DNA from: Octopus vulgaris
Lineage: Eukaryota
Length of the DNA stretch: 64,000 nucleotides
Direction: 5' to 3'
Assembly (NCBI GenBank): GCA_951406725.2
Contig: OX597814.1
Span: 57,722,001 to 57,786,000 of the forward strand
Shown: one piece after another, positions 27,694-40,959 of the stretch
Layout: each line of letters starts with the position of its first letter
Numbering within the stretch: position 1 is the stretch's first letter
The notes under the pieces: generated by a model
Databases searched by the model: none
Told to the model about the DNA's origin: nothing
Seen by the model: only the letters and a program-made list of their open reading frames with translations
Program-made: the position numbers and the translations under genes

Positions 27694-28343
27694 ATAACTT
27701 ATAAAATAAGGGCAAAAGAAAAATTCTAATGCCAAATATGCCGAAAAAAAGACAAGATTGTCAATAACCATTATAATTTATGCGTCTCGAAACAAGCCGA
27801 TAGAAATTTCTAAAAAATCAGTTATTACCGTATTGGTCCCAATTTCGGGGTCAATTCATAAGAATTTTCCCCTCTTCAGCGATAAATACGTAAGACCTAA
27901 ATGAAATACTTACTCATACCCTTGGAAAAAGCAAGCACTAAGTCCTGAGCAGACCTAAGTACCCCAAATATATCCAAAATAGAAAACCTTCGGCACATCT
28001 CGAGACACGTGTGATTCGAACTAGAAACTTTACAGAGTGAGAGAATCCGGAAGTGAACACTTAAATTTACAACTAATGTAGCATAAAATTTTTTTTTTCG
28101 AAAAAATTTTTAATCAATGGCCAGCATATAAAAAAATACCTTAAAGGTTAAATTTATAAATAACTTGTAAAATAAATAAGGTTATTGACAATTTTGTCTT
28201 TTTTTTCGGCATATTTGGCATTAGAATTTTTCTTTTGCCCTTATTTTATAAGTTATTTATAAATTTAACCTTCAAAGGTATTTTTTGATATGCTGGCCAT
28301 TGATAAAATTTTTTCCGAAAAAAATTTATCCTACATTAGTTGT
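27694..28343 (-). mobile_element. Hammerhead element, 466 bp unit plus inverted segment, TA-flanked
   Basis: ataactt(a/g)taaaataa at 27694 and 28160; 28180-28343 is an inverted copy spanning the unit junction. Confidence 0.8.
27825..27885 (-). ncRNA. Type I hammerhead ribozyme
   Basis: Minus strand: ttatcg-CTGAAGA-gggg...cccc-GAAA-ttgggaccaa-TA-cggtaa; canonical core, all stems pair. Confidence 0.85.
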
Positions 28344-28348
28344 TATAC

Positions 28349-28398
<50 letters not shown>

Positions 28399-28399
28399 C

Positions 28400-29149
28400 T
28401 TTTATGTTCCGGTTGGTGAAGAGTCAACGCCATTGGAGAGCATCAAATTTGAATTTGTAGTTGTGAAAAGGTTAGCTGCCATGCACGATTTAAAGCTATC
28501 TGAATATTGGAAAAGAGGTACTTTTAACATGATGATTCGCGTTGGGTATCAAAATGCAAACCTGATGGCTGCTGCTCAGTGCTTTGTGAACACTGTAAAG
28601 GCTGGCGATTATGGTCCATCCTTTGTCCGAGAGGATTGCTGCTGGAAGGCCATATGTGTGACTACAGCATTCGGCTCCTAGCCATACCTCCAGAAAGTGT
28701 CGGAAGTAGCTGTCGGAGAATTTCTACGAAACCAGCCCTAATTTCTGGCCTGTCAAATCGCCCGATTACTATGTGCAATCGCACTCCGATTACTGGGTGT
28801 GGGCTGTGTTTGAGAAAGACACCAACCGTTTTGTCTGCAACACTAAGGCGAAGATGCTGGCCAAGATCAATGAAGTGTTCGAAGATCTTCTCAGGGCACA
28901 TTGAAGAACGTTTGCGCCAGGTTCTAGAGCTGTCTTGAAGCCGTGGTGAAAGCTTAGCCATGGTGAAGGTTTAGCCGTAGCGAAGGCTTAGCCGTGGTAG
29001 GAGCTTAGCTGTGGTGGAAGTAAATCATTATCTCCCAGCCATTAACTAGTCGATTCTTTTTGATTTTTAAAAAAAAAGGTAACTTTTATCTCTGGATGGG
29101 ATATTGTTTTCTTGTCTTGTTATGCAAACTGTCAACTTTAATCCGAAGA

Positions 29150-29150
<1 letters not shown>
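28400..29150 (+). mobile_element. Internally deleted DD37D/maT-like mariner relic
   Basis: RVGYQNANLMAAAQCFVNTVK; FWPVKSPD and DYWVWAVFEKDTNR motifs; right end matches the 14508 copy. Confidence 0.75.
28939..29020. repeat. 17 bp minisatellite x ~5 (agccgtggtgaaggctt)
   Basis: Visible tandem expansion inside the transposon relic. Confidence 0.85.
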
Positions 29151-29200
<50 letters not shown>

Positions 29201-30619
29201 TTCATGCATATATAGCGTCATTCCGATTACCAACACAGAATTACAGAGTCTTTGTTTTCACAACTGCTAGCGATAAACATCTGCTTACACTTAACACTTA
29301 TTCTAAGCTGGTTCACATTCGCTTTAGAAACTTCAGAAGAATAACTAGAGCGTTAATTGTATATAGCATATTATTCACCTATTTGAACTGAAGATTGTGA
29401 TAACAATATTTTTTTACAATATTGTCGGTGATTACTAAAAGCGATAGCTTTTTCTGCAGAAGTTCGTACACTAGTTTAATTTCTAATAAGATTCTACATG
29501 AAGTTGTGGGAAGTGAAGGAGTTGAAACGCACATTATTATTATACGCACTCAAAAATAGGAGAGTTCGATGCACTTGATGATCAGTCCAGAATTTTATAG
29601 GTCACAGTCTGCCGGAAATAAACAAGAAGCAATATAATTCACAGGGCAGCAGTTTGCGTGCTTAGCCTTTGATATGAGGAATGATGCTGAGTTAAACGCG
29701 AATGATATTTTGGGCCAGAGCACATGCAGTGTGGAGACTGTTAGATTAGTTGAACAGAGATTATAGTGTTAACAAAAGAAGATGAGAGAAAGTGCCAAAG
29801 TGCGTTTGTTATCTTTCATATTTTACTCATTTCAGTCATTAGACTGCGGCCATGCAGGGGCACCGTCTTGAAGAATATTTTTAGTGAAATGAATCGAACC
29901 CAGGACTTAATTTTTTTTATTAATCCTAGTGCAATAGCACAATGCCTTAGAAAAGGTCTCCTGTACTTTTAGGCCTAAAAAAGAACTTTAGCTATTAACT
30001 AAATTAACTTCCTTGACAATACCCTTAATTTCATCACCTACTTACTTACACTCATTTAGAAATCATTATGAAAACTCAGAAATATAAAGGTCGAAGAGAG
30101 AGAGAGAGAAAGGAAATCGAAATAATGAGTGGGGTGGGGGCAGTTAAGAGACAAAATAAGAAGAGTAAGAACAGCTCCAAAAGGCAAAATAAAAGGATCA
30201 GAGAAGATAAGGCTAAAAGCCAGTTTGCTGAAAGGGTACCGCGCGGCTGGTCCAAATACCCATTCACAGATAATATGGCGGTTGAAAATGTCAGCGTCCC
30301 CAAAATGACTTAGGATACATAAGTGTAAGGTGTTGGGGTGAGGGACTGGGAATTATAGAAGTGAAAGAAAGAAAGTATGACGAGGAAAAAGAACGTTCGC
30401 TACGGGAAGATACTATGAAGATGTTCTGATACTTACCTAATATGTAAAGAGATTTAGAATGATATTACACAATAAGTAAATGTGGAATAACTTCATACCT
30501 CTGACTTCATGCAAGTATCACCTGTACATTATGGTTATTACATAAGACTTAGTTTTCTGAAACAGCAGAGATAAGACATTAAAGGATTTCTATATATATT
30601 TCTTTATTTTCATTTTTAT

Positions 30620-31540
30620 TCTGTATGTTTTGTGCCCCATGTAAATATATGTTTCAAGCGTAATTTTCATTACCTTACTGCCATTCTCTCTCATTCTCGA
30701 GATCCCGCTGCCAAACCCGTCCGTTCATCACTGATACATTTCTCAATGGAGCCAATAAACACACTATTCACACCCGGGACTCGTTCTTATCTGCCTCTTC
30801 TAACAGCATCTATTACCTCAAATTTACCTTTTGCGACACATTATATGTTGGACAGTCTGGCCACTGTCTAGCCGACAGACTTACGGAAAATTTACAAGGT
30901 GTCGGCTTCCAAAAAGAAAAAAAAAGAAAGAAGAAATGCTCCAGTCGCCAGCCACTTTTGAAGACCTCCCTGTCTTCAGCCAAGCATTCAACCAGGCATT
31001 ACACCATGGAACCACCATTATCAGATTTCGCCAGGAGCTACGGTGCATTTTCACACTAGGAACTCATACACCATTTGCACTTAACATCCCTACTCCTTCT
31101 TGTAACAGCTTCCAATTTCTATTTCCATTTTCCCTTTTTTATTTATTATTTTATTTTGTACTTATTATTTATTGTTTTTGTTTTGAATTTATCTTTCACA
31201 CGCTTCCACACACCCATATATATAACTTCCACACCCCACACACTACATAGCTATCTACTGCACACACATTTCCATATCCTAACATGTTTAAAAAAACTCT
31301 TCACCCACACCGACGCACACACACGAACACGAAACGCACATGAAAACACATACGCACATACACCTGTACACACGCACCTGTACACATTGATGCGCATTGT
31401 GTATATGGATGTATATACTATGGTTTCAAATTGGATACTATTTTTGCTGAGTGAATATGGAGAATTTGTAAACTTACTAGACGTTCCCTGATGATCGCTA
31501 GAATATACTTGGAGTTATTTCATTGTATAGATTTTTTTAC
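30620..31540 (+). mobile_element. Penelope-like element 3' relic (GIY-YIG endonuclease and 3' UTR)
   Basis: SNSIYYLKFTFCDTLYVGQSGHCLADRLTE (GIY...YIG-like) and RQELRCIFTLGTHTPFALN; lone CTGATGA at ~31487. Confidence 0.75.
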
Positions 31541-32494
31541 AGATATACATGCACAGAAAAAGACACATAAGCATACAAACATATGTGTATCTATAATAAA
31601 AAAAGATTTAGTTAAATAAGTGACTTGACAGTCTTACAGAGACACCTACTTTTGCCTTTTTCACTGAGTAAAGCTCAACTGTACTTGCTCTGTTAGGCAG
31701 GTGTCAAAGCATATAAAAATATTCCTAAAATCACATACCTCTTGTTGCAGTGTGTGTCTGTATATATATATATATATGTATATATGTATATATATCCATG
31801 TGTGTATGTTTGTGTGTGTTTGTGTGTGTCAGTGTGTTTGTGCGCGTGTATTTGTTTGTGTCTGAGTGTACGTATGTATATGTGAGTGTGCATGCGTGGT
31901 TATGTGAATATGTGTGTTGTGTGCATGTGTTTGTGCGTGAGTATGTGTGAGCATATGTGGGCGTTGTATGAGTGTGCGTGTGTATGTAGTAGACTAAATA
32001 TCCGGTATTTCCGGGGTTTAAAGAGTCAGGAAATTAACACGAAAAGAAATCAATTTAAATTATAGTAAAATTTATAAACACTGCCAGAATAAACACACAG
32101 AGAGTTTGCTCTTGATAAACACCCAACGGGTTTGGAAATAAGCGTATAATATAAATCCTTGTGAAGAATTTTTTTTTCAAATTCCCATGTATAAATATTA
32201 GCTATTCCACTTGTGCAGAAAGATTTTCGCAAATTCAAATCTTTTGATCTTATCTTTTATTTACAACCAACTCTGACCCTAAACCTAATCCAAAATTCTA
32301 ATCTTAGGCTCTTTTCAAATTTATTCAGATGCTGTCCTAGCAATATAACTTAATTCCATCCCATCAAGGAACCCAGGATTGTGAACGCAATTTTGATACA
32401 GAATAGTGTTTTAAACTCCATTTTAGCATGCACGCTAGTGTTCTTGCTTGCATGGGAATGATTAAATGAATTATTTCAAATCGCTAATGATAAT

Positions 32495-33330
32495 AATCCT
32501 TTCTATTAAAGGCACAAGGCCTGAAATTGTGGTGGAGGGGACTAGTCTATTACATCGACCTCAGTGCTTCACTGGTACTGAATTTATCGACCCTGAAAGG
32601 ATAAAATAGAAAGTCGAACTCGGCGGAACTTGAAATCAGAACGTAAGGACGGTCGAAATACCGCTAAGCGTTTTGCCCGGCATGCGAACGATTCTACCAG
32701 TGCGTCAATAATAATAATAATAATAATAATCCTTTCTACTAAAGGCACAAAGCCTAAAAGTTTTCGGAGGGGACTAGTTCACTACATCGAACCCAGTACG
32801 TAACTGTTACTTATTTTATCGACCCCGAAAGGATGAAAGGTAAAGAAGACCTTGGTGGAATTTGAACTCAGAACGTAATGACGGACAAAATGCTGCTTAG
32901 CACTTTGCTCGGCGTACTAGCGATTCTTCCCGTTCACCTCCTTATTTTTCTGATAATATTCGTTTCTACTATAAGCACAGAGCCTTGAAATATGGGGGAA
33001 GGGGTAATCGGCTACATAGACCCCAGTGCTCAATTGGTAGTTATTTTATCGACAATGGAAGGATGAACGGCAAAGTCAATCTCGGTAAAATTTGAACTCA
33101 GAATGTAAGATGGACGAAACGCTGCTAAGTAGTTTGTCCGGCTTGCAAACGATTCTACTATCTCACTGCCTTAGTAGTAGTAGTAGTAATGATGGTTTAA
33201 AATTTTTGCACAAGTTTAGCAGATTCAGTGAGGAGGGGGAGTCAATTATATCTACCTCAGTGCCCAATCAGTACTTATTTTATCGACTCCAGAATGATAA
33301 AAGGTAAAATCGATCTCAGTGGAATTTGAT
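32495..33330 (-). mobile_element. Four head-to-tail copies of a tRNA/CORE-type SINE
   Basis: Repeated tacatcgac..cagt..tttatcgacccc.aaaggatgaaaggcaaagtcgac..gaatttgaactcagaacg, separated by (AAT)n/(AGT)n. Confidence 0.85.
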
Positions 33331-33334
33331 GAGA

Positions 33335-33830
33335 CTGTGAAGAACTAATCCACGTGATGCTTGAAAACACATACGTTCAATGCAGAGTTTTACGTTCAAC
33401 AAATGCATCGGCTCAAAAGACAATGTTGCTGAAATGTAGCCACCGCATTCTCCTGCGTAGTAGCATCAAATTGACATAGTTTTCGGTCGCTCTTGAACAG
33501 TCTGCTATATGTTTCCTTCAAAAAGACGTCGAGCCGAAATCTTCTGAAGGCATTTCTTGCCGCAGCACCATCAAATTAGGAAAGACTAATTGTAAAATCA
33601 AGACAACTAAACATTTTTTCGAAAATGTTCCCCAGTGTTATCATTTAGATATAAAAGCAGCTGACCCATTGATTTCGACATTCAAGGCATCGAGAAAATA
33701 TTAGTGGAACGTTAGCAAGGAGCCGTGAACTGCAAAGAAGAATATATTAGTGACTTAACTGTTAAAATCGTTGATGGAAAGTAAAGGGAGAAAAGACAAA
33801 ACGAACGAATTTATTTGACAGTCCAATACG
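33335..33830 (+). mobile_element. Mariner transposase C-terminal relic
   Basis: Decayed PPHSP...FRSLLNSL...GIEK..VER*Q...EEYISD, with a TIR-like end cgaatttatttgacagtccaata. Confidence 0.6.
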
Positions 33831-35886
33831 TTGTTTCCCATACAATCTTATTCTATAGCAGTTCTGACGGTTGCAGTTATCTCCTAATTCCTAGCGGAGC
33901 TTAGGGTTGTACTGGCATAATTAGTATTTTTTAATATTTTGTAAGATGCCTAGTATAATCCGTTCTATGACTATAGTGTTTTCCCCGTGATCCATACTCG
34001 TTGCGCTAATTATGCTTTTCTGCATTGACATGTTACCTTTATTAGTGCTGTCGGAATGTAATGTATGTAAAGACATTTAAATAACTTGAGATTGAAATAT
34101 ATACATGTCTATGAAAACTAAATTACTGGTAATAATATAAGATATTTAAATATATTTGAATAAACGCTACTTGCTTAATCCAAGCTACAGGGATATAAAT
34201 CCAAACAGACAAGAGTAAAATAACAAGAGACATCTGCACATATAAGTTTGCGATCTAAAGTGTAATTTTAGTTGCATGAAAGAATAGAGGAAACTCACAC
34301 AGGTATATCAATTCGATTATTAGGAAGTTGAATCAAGCCATAGGAATAGTAATTAAATGGAAAGAGAGATAAATGCAATGTAAATCAATATGTAAACCAA
34401 CTAAACTGTGAAATTTAGAAAATAAATCATTAGGTCTGGCCATAATGTATTTGATATATAATTTTTTATTAAATCTCTGGGCTTTCAAGAAACTACGCTC
34501 TATTTCTTTTATCTAACAAATGTTCTTCAGCAAATAAATTTGCAAGTTCAGAAATCAGAGGGGAGTTTTTAGCTCGAATCAAACTAGCCGCAATGACAAT
34601 GTTCTTAGTCAACTTCTTTGATATACTGTAACATTTCAAACTTCATAAGTAACTGATTGTGAAGTCATGTGACATCTAGCAAAGATTTTAGATTTTTGTA
34701 TTTTAGCTAAACATGTATAAAAAATTCCTTTAGCCAAGTACAGTTGAACATAGTATTAAAATGATTATAACAGTTGCGTCTATTATTCATATTCGGTTTA
34801 TCTTTGAACTTACTTAGTTTACGGGAAATATATAATAATTTGCACTAGAATATATGCATGTGTATATATGTATGAATATTCACTCACACACACATACATA
34901 TTGCTTGTTTGTGTTTATATGTATGTTGGTGAATGTATATACTGCAACAACAATACGCTTATAAAGAATATATGCATCTATATACTTTGACACCTGCCTT
35001 TGAATATATGTAAATATATAAATCGGGTACTTCAGTTACTATTTTGATATATGATTACTGATTATTCCACGTATAGCATGAATTGACTTTTGTCATATGC
35101 TATACACACTTCCAACATTTCTATACATTTGTATACAAAGGTTTCTTTTTGATATGTCTATAAACCTATTTTAATAACACCTACGATACCGATACAATAT
35201 AACATGATATTTATATTTGTGTATGCGAACATACATGCTGGTTTCTTTAATTTTATCTTCATAAATAAAAACTTATTTGCATATATCGATATATATTTCA
35301 GTCGTATATATTTGAGCGTTTAATGTATTTTTATTCATTTTCCCACTTGTTTATACTTGCACATGAATATAGGTTAATGCGGGCGGGAGTTTACCAAAAA
35401 TATAGGTTTATTTCAATATATCAATAGCTGTATCTCGGCACGGAAATTTCCATGAGAGTAAAGAAAGATCTCTTTCCAAACTCTCCCATCGGAACTTGCT
35501 GGGCATTCTGATTCCTCACAGCGGGATAGTATAGCTCCTACTTCGAAGTATGCCAGTATCTTCAGGCCAACTACAGTAATAATTTTGCGATTCTAAATTT
35601 AGAGGGACTTCCGTTAATTTCCCCAATTTCGACATAAATACCAAACCTATATTTATCCGCTAATGTATTAAGTATTTATATAAAAAATACTTCATTGATT
35701 TGATTTCATATTCTCTGATTCTGTCATTCAAAAACGTTTTCTATGCTCCTTGTTTTCTCTTGCTTAATAATTCTCTACGTTGATTTAATAAGATGTTTTT
35801 TTTAATATTTACGTACACTTTAGTCGAATAGTTTTAAATTACATCAATAACTATTTTCAGTTTTGTTTGTTCGGCATCCGTTACAC

Positions 35887-36222
35887 CAGTGGTACACAGC
35901 TATTTTTTACGCTTGGACCTCTTTGAATACCATTTTATTCTGGTGGACCTCCACAGCATGCGATGATTATAAACGAATATTTTAGATACTTCTTTCAAAA
36001 TTCCTCTTTTACTTTTCACCATCCACTCGTGTAGCCTGAACTATATAAAACGTCAGAGAAAGAAATCTAGCTGTTTCTTGCAATAAATACCTCTGAATCA
36101 AACATTTTCATGGGCCTTTAATACATTACTGTGGATCCTCAAATAACAATTTCGCCAGTGTGGACTCCCAAAAATCTTACATGGATCCCCAACGGTCTTA
36201 TGGATCCTGGCTGAGACTACGT
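35887..36222. mobile_element. Degenerate hAT-like MITE
   Basis: cagtggt start, multiple tgga(c/t)c subterminal repeats, ggctgagactac end. Confidence 0.45.
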
Positions 36223-36345
36223 TGCACGTTAAGCCTTACGGTGTATCTTCGTGCTTGTGTTTCTGTGAATACGTACTAGCTGTAACATTTATATTTCCAC
36301 GTGCGTATATATGCGTGTTAATATATTTCTAAAGGGACTATTAAG

Positions 36346-36377
<32 letters not shown>

Positions 36378-36756
36378 CGTGCGTGGTTTTACACAGACAT
36401 ACACATACATATGTAAATATGTTATATAATAATTCATATACATGTGTCAATGTTTTTGTCGTTATATATATATCCATTGGTCATAGCGTTTTGTGGGTTT
36501 TTTTTGTTGACGGAATTACTGAGTTCAACGGTTTTGTGTTTTCCTGATGTTAACGGCTATTTTCTGGTTCCTTCGATACTGGCTGTTTGGCTCATTGACA
36601 AATTTCGCTTCAACCCGTACAATATTTTATTTTCCATAAAAATTTGTTATTTACTTTCTACCCTTCATATTAAGAAATATAATTTCCGTTACCCAGTTCT
36701 TTTTATTGTTTACTATCTACTGCACCTGTGTATTTATGTGTACGTATATATGTAGT

Positions 36757-37245
36757 ATGCCTAGAAGGAAAGTGTCAAATTTGTCTATAATGTCAAGGTC
36801 AACCAAAATAATGTCTCTTTCAGGGGAAAGAGAGACAGCTGCAGAAAGGGAAGCACACCAAGAAATAAATAGACTGTGCACTACAAAAGCCAGAGCATCT
36901 CAAAGTGATGAACAAAGGTATACACAGCTGACAAGGAATAGGATCTCCAATGTAGAATGAAGAGCAGCTACAACAGCTCAGAGAAGCAACTTTTATGAAG
37001 CAGCTTTCAATTATGATCCAGCAGTTCATTATGCAGACGATGCTAGAATTTCCATTGGTGCAATGACTATTGGGTGCATACATTGTAAAGCAAGGAAGTA
37101 GCCTGGAGAGACACATGCACTGTGCTACAGTGGCAGAGAGGTTAAACTCCTTGCAATCTTCTAACCTTTAGAGCCATTGAAGAAACTGTTGTCATCAACT
37201 GATCAAGATTCTAAGCACTTCCAAAACAAAATTAGTAGTTGCTGT
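36757..37245 (+). mobile_element. Helitron Rep/Hel N-terminal relic
   Basis: MPRRK..; reading through stops: AAFNYDPAVHY...IGAMTIGCIHCKARK*PGETHALCYSGREVKL...PLEPLKKLL...SKHFQNKI, the Helitron zinc-finger region. Confidence 0.85.
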
Positions 37246-37454
37246 GTGGTAATTAGAAGTGGCTTTGTAGACAATATTTGATTGGAGAAACGTGTACTGC
37301 TTAGTCAAAACTTCCTCAGAAATCAGATTTAGATATTCTGAACAAATAGAACACCTGTATAAATTGAACACTTGTATGTAAACTGTTTAAACACAAAGCC
37401 CCTCTTAACACTTTCCTATCATTTTCAAAAACTCTATTACTGTATTTTAATATG

Positions 37455-37742
37455 GCGTGAGGGATGTCATCGTAGAATATATAAACAGCAAGTTTAGATG
37501 GGCTGGACACATCGCTCGGCTCACCGATAATCGGTGGACCCGCGTAGTAGTCGACAAGTACCCGCGCAAGCGGAAACGACTGCTCGGAAGGCCTCCACGA
37601 CGGTGGGGTTACGATTTCAGGATGGCCATTGGGATCACATGGATGGGAAATGCGCAATCCAGAGAGGAGTAGACAGCGTGCTGTGGCCAGCGGTTCAAAT
37701 GCACACCCGGCGGACTGGTCGGTCAAGGTGATTAAGGTGCCT
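37455..37742 (+). mobile_element. RTE-clade LINE 3' fragment
   Basis: KFRWAGHIARLTDNRWTRVVVDKYPRKRKRLLGRPPRRW...W..NAQSR, the RTE C-terminal motif; short aaggtg tail repeats. Confidence 0.85.
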
Positions 37743-37844
37743 TCCCGTTATATACTTTGATACTTTGATACTTTGATAGGTTTCGGCCATTATTGGCCCA
37801 GGCCATGTCTAACTTAATAGCACCACCTGGTGAAGTCTTTCAAG

Positions 37845-39939
37845 TCAGAATTTGGGCACTATGGCCCACTCAAGTAGAGAGTTATTGTTTACAGAGACAT
37901 ATCCGGGTGTAGGGGGTTTATCCGGGATTTCTTGAAGGAATCTGTCCAAAGACTTCTTGAACCCTATAGGGTCAGTTTCTGTTTTAATGTGTTTTGGTGT
38001 AATGTTAAAGAGAGTGGGGCCAATTGAGGTGAAATAATTGTGCCGTATTGTTGTTATGAAATGAGAGTGCGATTTTTGTTTTGGGCGGATGGCACGGGGC
38101 CCAAGCCTTGGATGTACCTTAAAGGTGATGCCAACATCATTTGGGCAATGCTGATGGAATATTTTCCACATCATGCAGATGATGTAGCGCTCACGACGAC
38201 GTTGGAGAGAATAGAGTTTTAGCTTTTCTAGTCGACCCCAATAGTCGAGGCCTGTCATGCCATCTATCTTTTTTGTGATTGCCCTTTGAGGTGCTTCAAC
38301 TTTTATGATACCTTGTATTGTGTGGGGAGACCACAGTGGACAACAGTATTCAAGGTGGGGTCGGGCAAAAGTGGAGAAGAGAAGGATAATGGTGTGGATA
38401 TCTCTCGACTGGAAAGTTCTGAGAATCCAGGAACACATTCTGCGGGCCATGTCAACTTTGGTGTTTATATGAGTGGCCCAGCTTATGTTGTTGTCCACAA
38501 TTACTCCCAGGTCTCTGATGTTGTTGGACGCCGCGAGAGTTTCACCTGAAGGAAGGGAGAATGGAAGTTTCAGGGCATCCTCTTTTCCAAAGTGGATTAG
38601 CTCAAATTTATCCTCGTTCAGCAGCATATTGTTTTTTTCTGCCCATTGGATAACAGCCAGTAGATCTGACTGTAGGCATGTCCGGTCACTCGCCTCATTT
38701 ATGACCTTCTGTAGCTTGGAGTCATCTGCAAAGATTTTTATGTTGCTGGGCTTGATGATGTCATTAATGTCATTAATGTAAATGATGAAAAGAAGTGGGC
38801 CCATCACAGTGCCTTGCGGAACGCCACTACTGACTTTGGCTGGGCTTGATTTTACCCCTTCAACTACAACATGTTGAGATCTGTCTGTCAGGAAACACTT
38901 GATCCATTTCAGTAACTTTCCAGAGACACCAATGTTGGATAGTTTTTTCAATAGGATCTTGTGATTGACCCTGTCGAAGGCCTTACTGAAATCAAGGTAG
39001 ATGACATCGGTGTTGGAGCCCTCTCCCAAAGCTCTCAAAATGTCCTCAAAGTGATGCAGGAGCTGCGTTAGGCAGTCCCTGCCATTACGGAACCCATGTT
39101 GGTTGGAGATCAGCCGTCTGTTGCTTTCCAGAAATTGGGTTATTCGAGATCTGACCACCCTCTCAAATACCTTGATGATATGAGAGGTGAGTGAGATCGG
39201 ACGGTAATTCACTGCAAGAGACTTGTTTCCCTTTTTGAAAACTGGGACAACAGACTGGGACAGAAGGTTTTTTGGAATATAGCCAGCATCCAGTGAGTTT
39301 CTCCACAGATTAGCAAGGGGAGATGCAAGTTGGTGTCGACACACCTTCAGGACACAAGCAGGGAACCTATCGGGGCCTACTGCTGAATTGTGTTTTATTT
39401 CGTTTATCGCCGCTAAGACATCAGGGGCACTAAACGTTATGTCCGATATAGTGTGTTGGGGGTTGACATCACTGATACAGCCCAGATCGGCCATATCAGG
39501 ATTGCTGAAAACAGAGCAGTATTGTTTCTGCAGTATCTCGGCCATGGATTTGGCATTATCTTGGAGAGGGCCTACAGTGGAGACAGTGACCCTGCGTTTC
39601 CTCGCAAATGAAAAGAACACTTTGGGGTTGAGTTTGATTTTTTCAATGGCCCACTTCTCCTCAGCTGATCTTTGGTTATTGATGAGGGTCTTCATGCTTT
39701 GTTGGAGGTTATATTTTTTGGATTCAAGCAGTGCGATAGCCGTCGAATGTGTGTGTTGCTGTTGGCAGTACTTTAGTTTGTTAATTTTTTTGTTTGTTCT
39801 TTTTATTTTTCTGATAATGGTTTTTCTGTTTTGGGGGATTCTGCACTTTTTGTTCACAGGTCTTGGTGGGGAGTGTTTTGCACATATGTCTGTGACGGTG
39901 TCTACAAAGATCTGCCAATATGTTTTATGGTTGGTGGAG

Positions 39940-39976
<37 letters not shown>
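37845..39976 (-). CDS. LINE ORF2 reverse transcriptase portion
   Basis: NYRPISLTS, QHGFR, YLDFSKAFD, SGVPQGTVMGPLLF, FADD; open to the stop at 37845. Confidence 0.92.
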
Positions 39977-40881
39977 AAGGACCAGTCAACATGTGATAGC
40001 TCGTTCCTGATTGCATCCCAGTTGGCATTATGGAGATCCATGTCGTCAAATGGGTGGGCTGGAGGAAGGTCCCTAGGATTAGCTTTCGGCTGGTGGAATT
40101 TCATGTTACAGAGAACCATGTCATGGTCTGAAAGAAGGGTTTTTTCCACTGTAACGTTATGTATAGTGTTAGTGTGGTTACTAAACACTAGGTCCAAAAT
40201 GTTCTGATGTCTTGTTGGTGCAAGGACAAGTTGGGACAAGAAAAACTCATTCGTAAAGTCGAAAAGTGACTCTGCTGCTTCTTTGTCAGCGGTTGAGGCG
40301 GGAGTGCTTGGTTTCAAACAGTTTGTAGTCCAGTCAACACAGGGTAGATTGAAGTCTCCCATCATGAGTATGTTGCTAGAATGGCACTGTTGAATAAAGC
40401 ACTTAATGCTGTTGAGGCATTCTTTAAAGCACAGTATGGGTGTTTGGGGCGGCCTATAGAGCCCAATTACTGTCAGGTCATTGGCTTTGTTGTGCACGGT
40501 GACTGATTCACAGTAGCCGTTGGAGAATATACTATTTCCATCTGCCGTAAATGAATCATGCAGGAAAATGGCAGTTCCACCCTTCCTCCTGCCGATACGA
40601 TCCGCGCGGATGGTTGTGAAATTCTTCACTCTCACTTCGGCTTCCAAGTGGGAGTTGTCAAGGTGGGTCTCAGTGAGAATGAAGAAAGGGATGTGGTGTG
40701 AATGGTTGCCAACCCAGTCTTCAATGAATTGGACCTTCCATTTTTGTGCATTGATGGAAGGGCTGACACCTTGTGCATTGAGTAGGAATGTGGAGGTTAG
40801 TGTAGTGGCTGGTTTTGACTGTTGCAGGGGGCTTGGATTTTTTGTGTGTGTTAGTGGCAGCAATGTGGGGAATTGGTGCAC
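39940..40881 (-). CDS. LINE ORF2 apurinic-type endonuclease portion
   Basis: LNAQG, ETHL, YRPP, GDFN, LDLV and SDH motifs intact; frame changes inside the (CA)n tract at 39940-39976. Confidence 0.9.
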
Positions 40882-40959
40882 TGGGGTAATAGCATAGGAT
40901 GGTGTTGAGTGATGGCTAGACTGTTTTTGTGTATCTCTTTTGCCATGTTCAACATGGCT

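Larger units (their letters stand above)
37751..40958 (-). mobile_element. CR1-like (CR1/Jockey group) LINE, 5'-truncated, young
   Basis: APE and RT ORFs, short 3' UTR with ggcca..tggcc hairpin, (TCAAAGTA)n tail at 37751-37778. Confidence 0.92.

Noticed and set aside
28939-29020. CRISPR-like short repeats
   Set aside because: No spacers, eukaryotic context; a simple minisatellite
31480-31560. CTGATGA downstream of the PLE endonuclease relic
   Set aside because: No matching GAAA or stem III half; at most a truncated remnant
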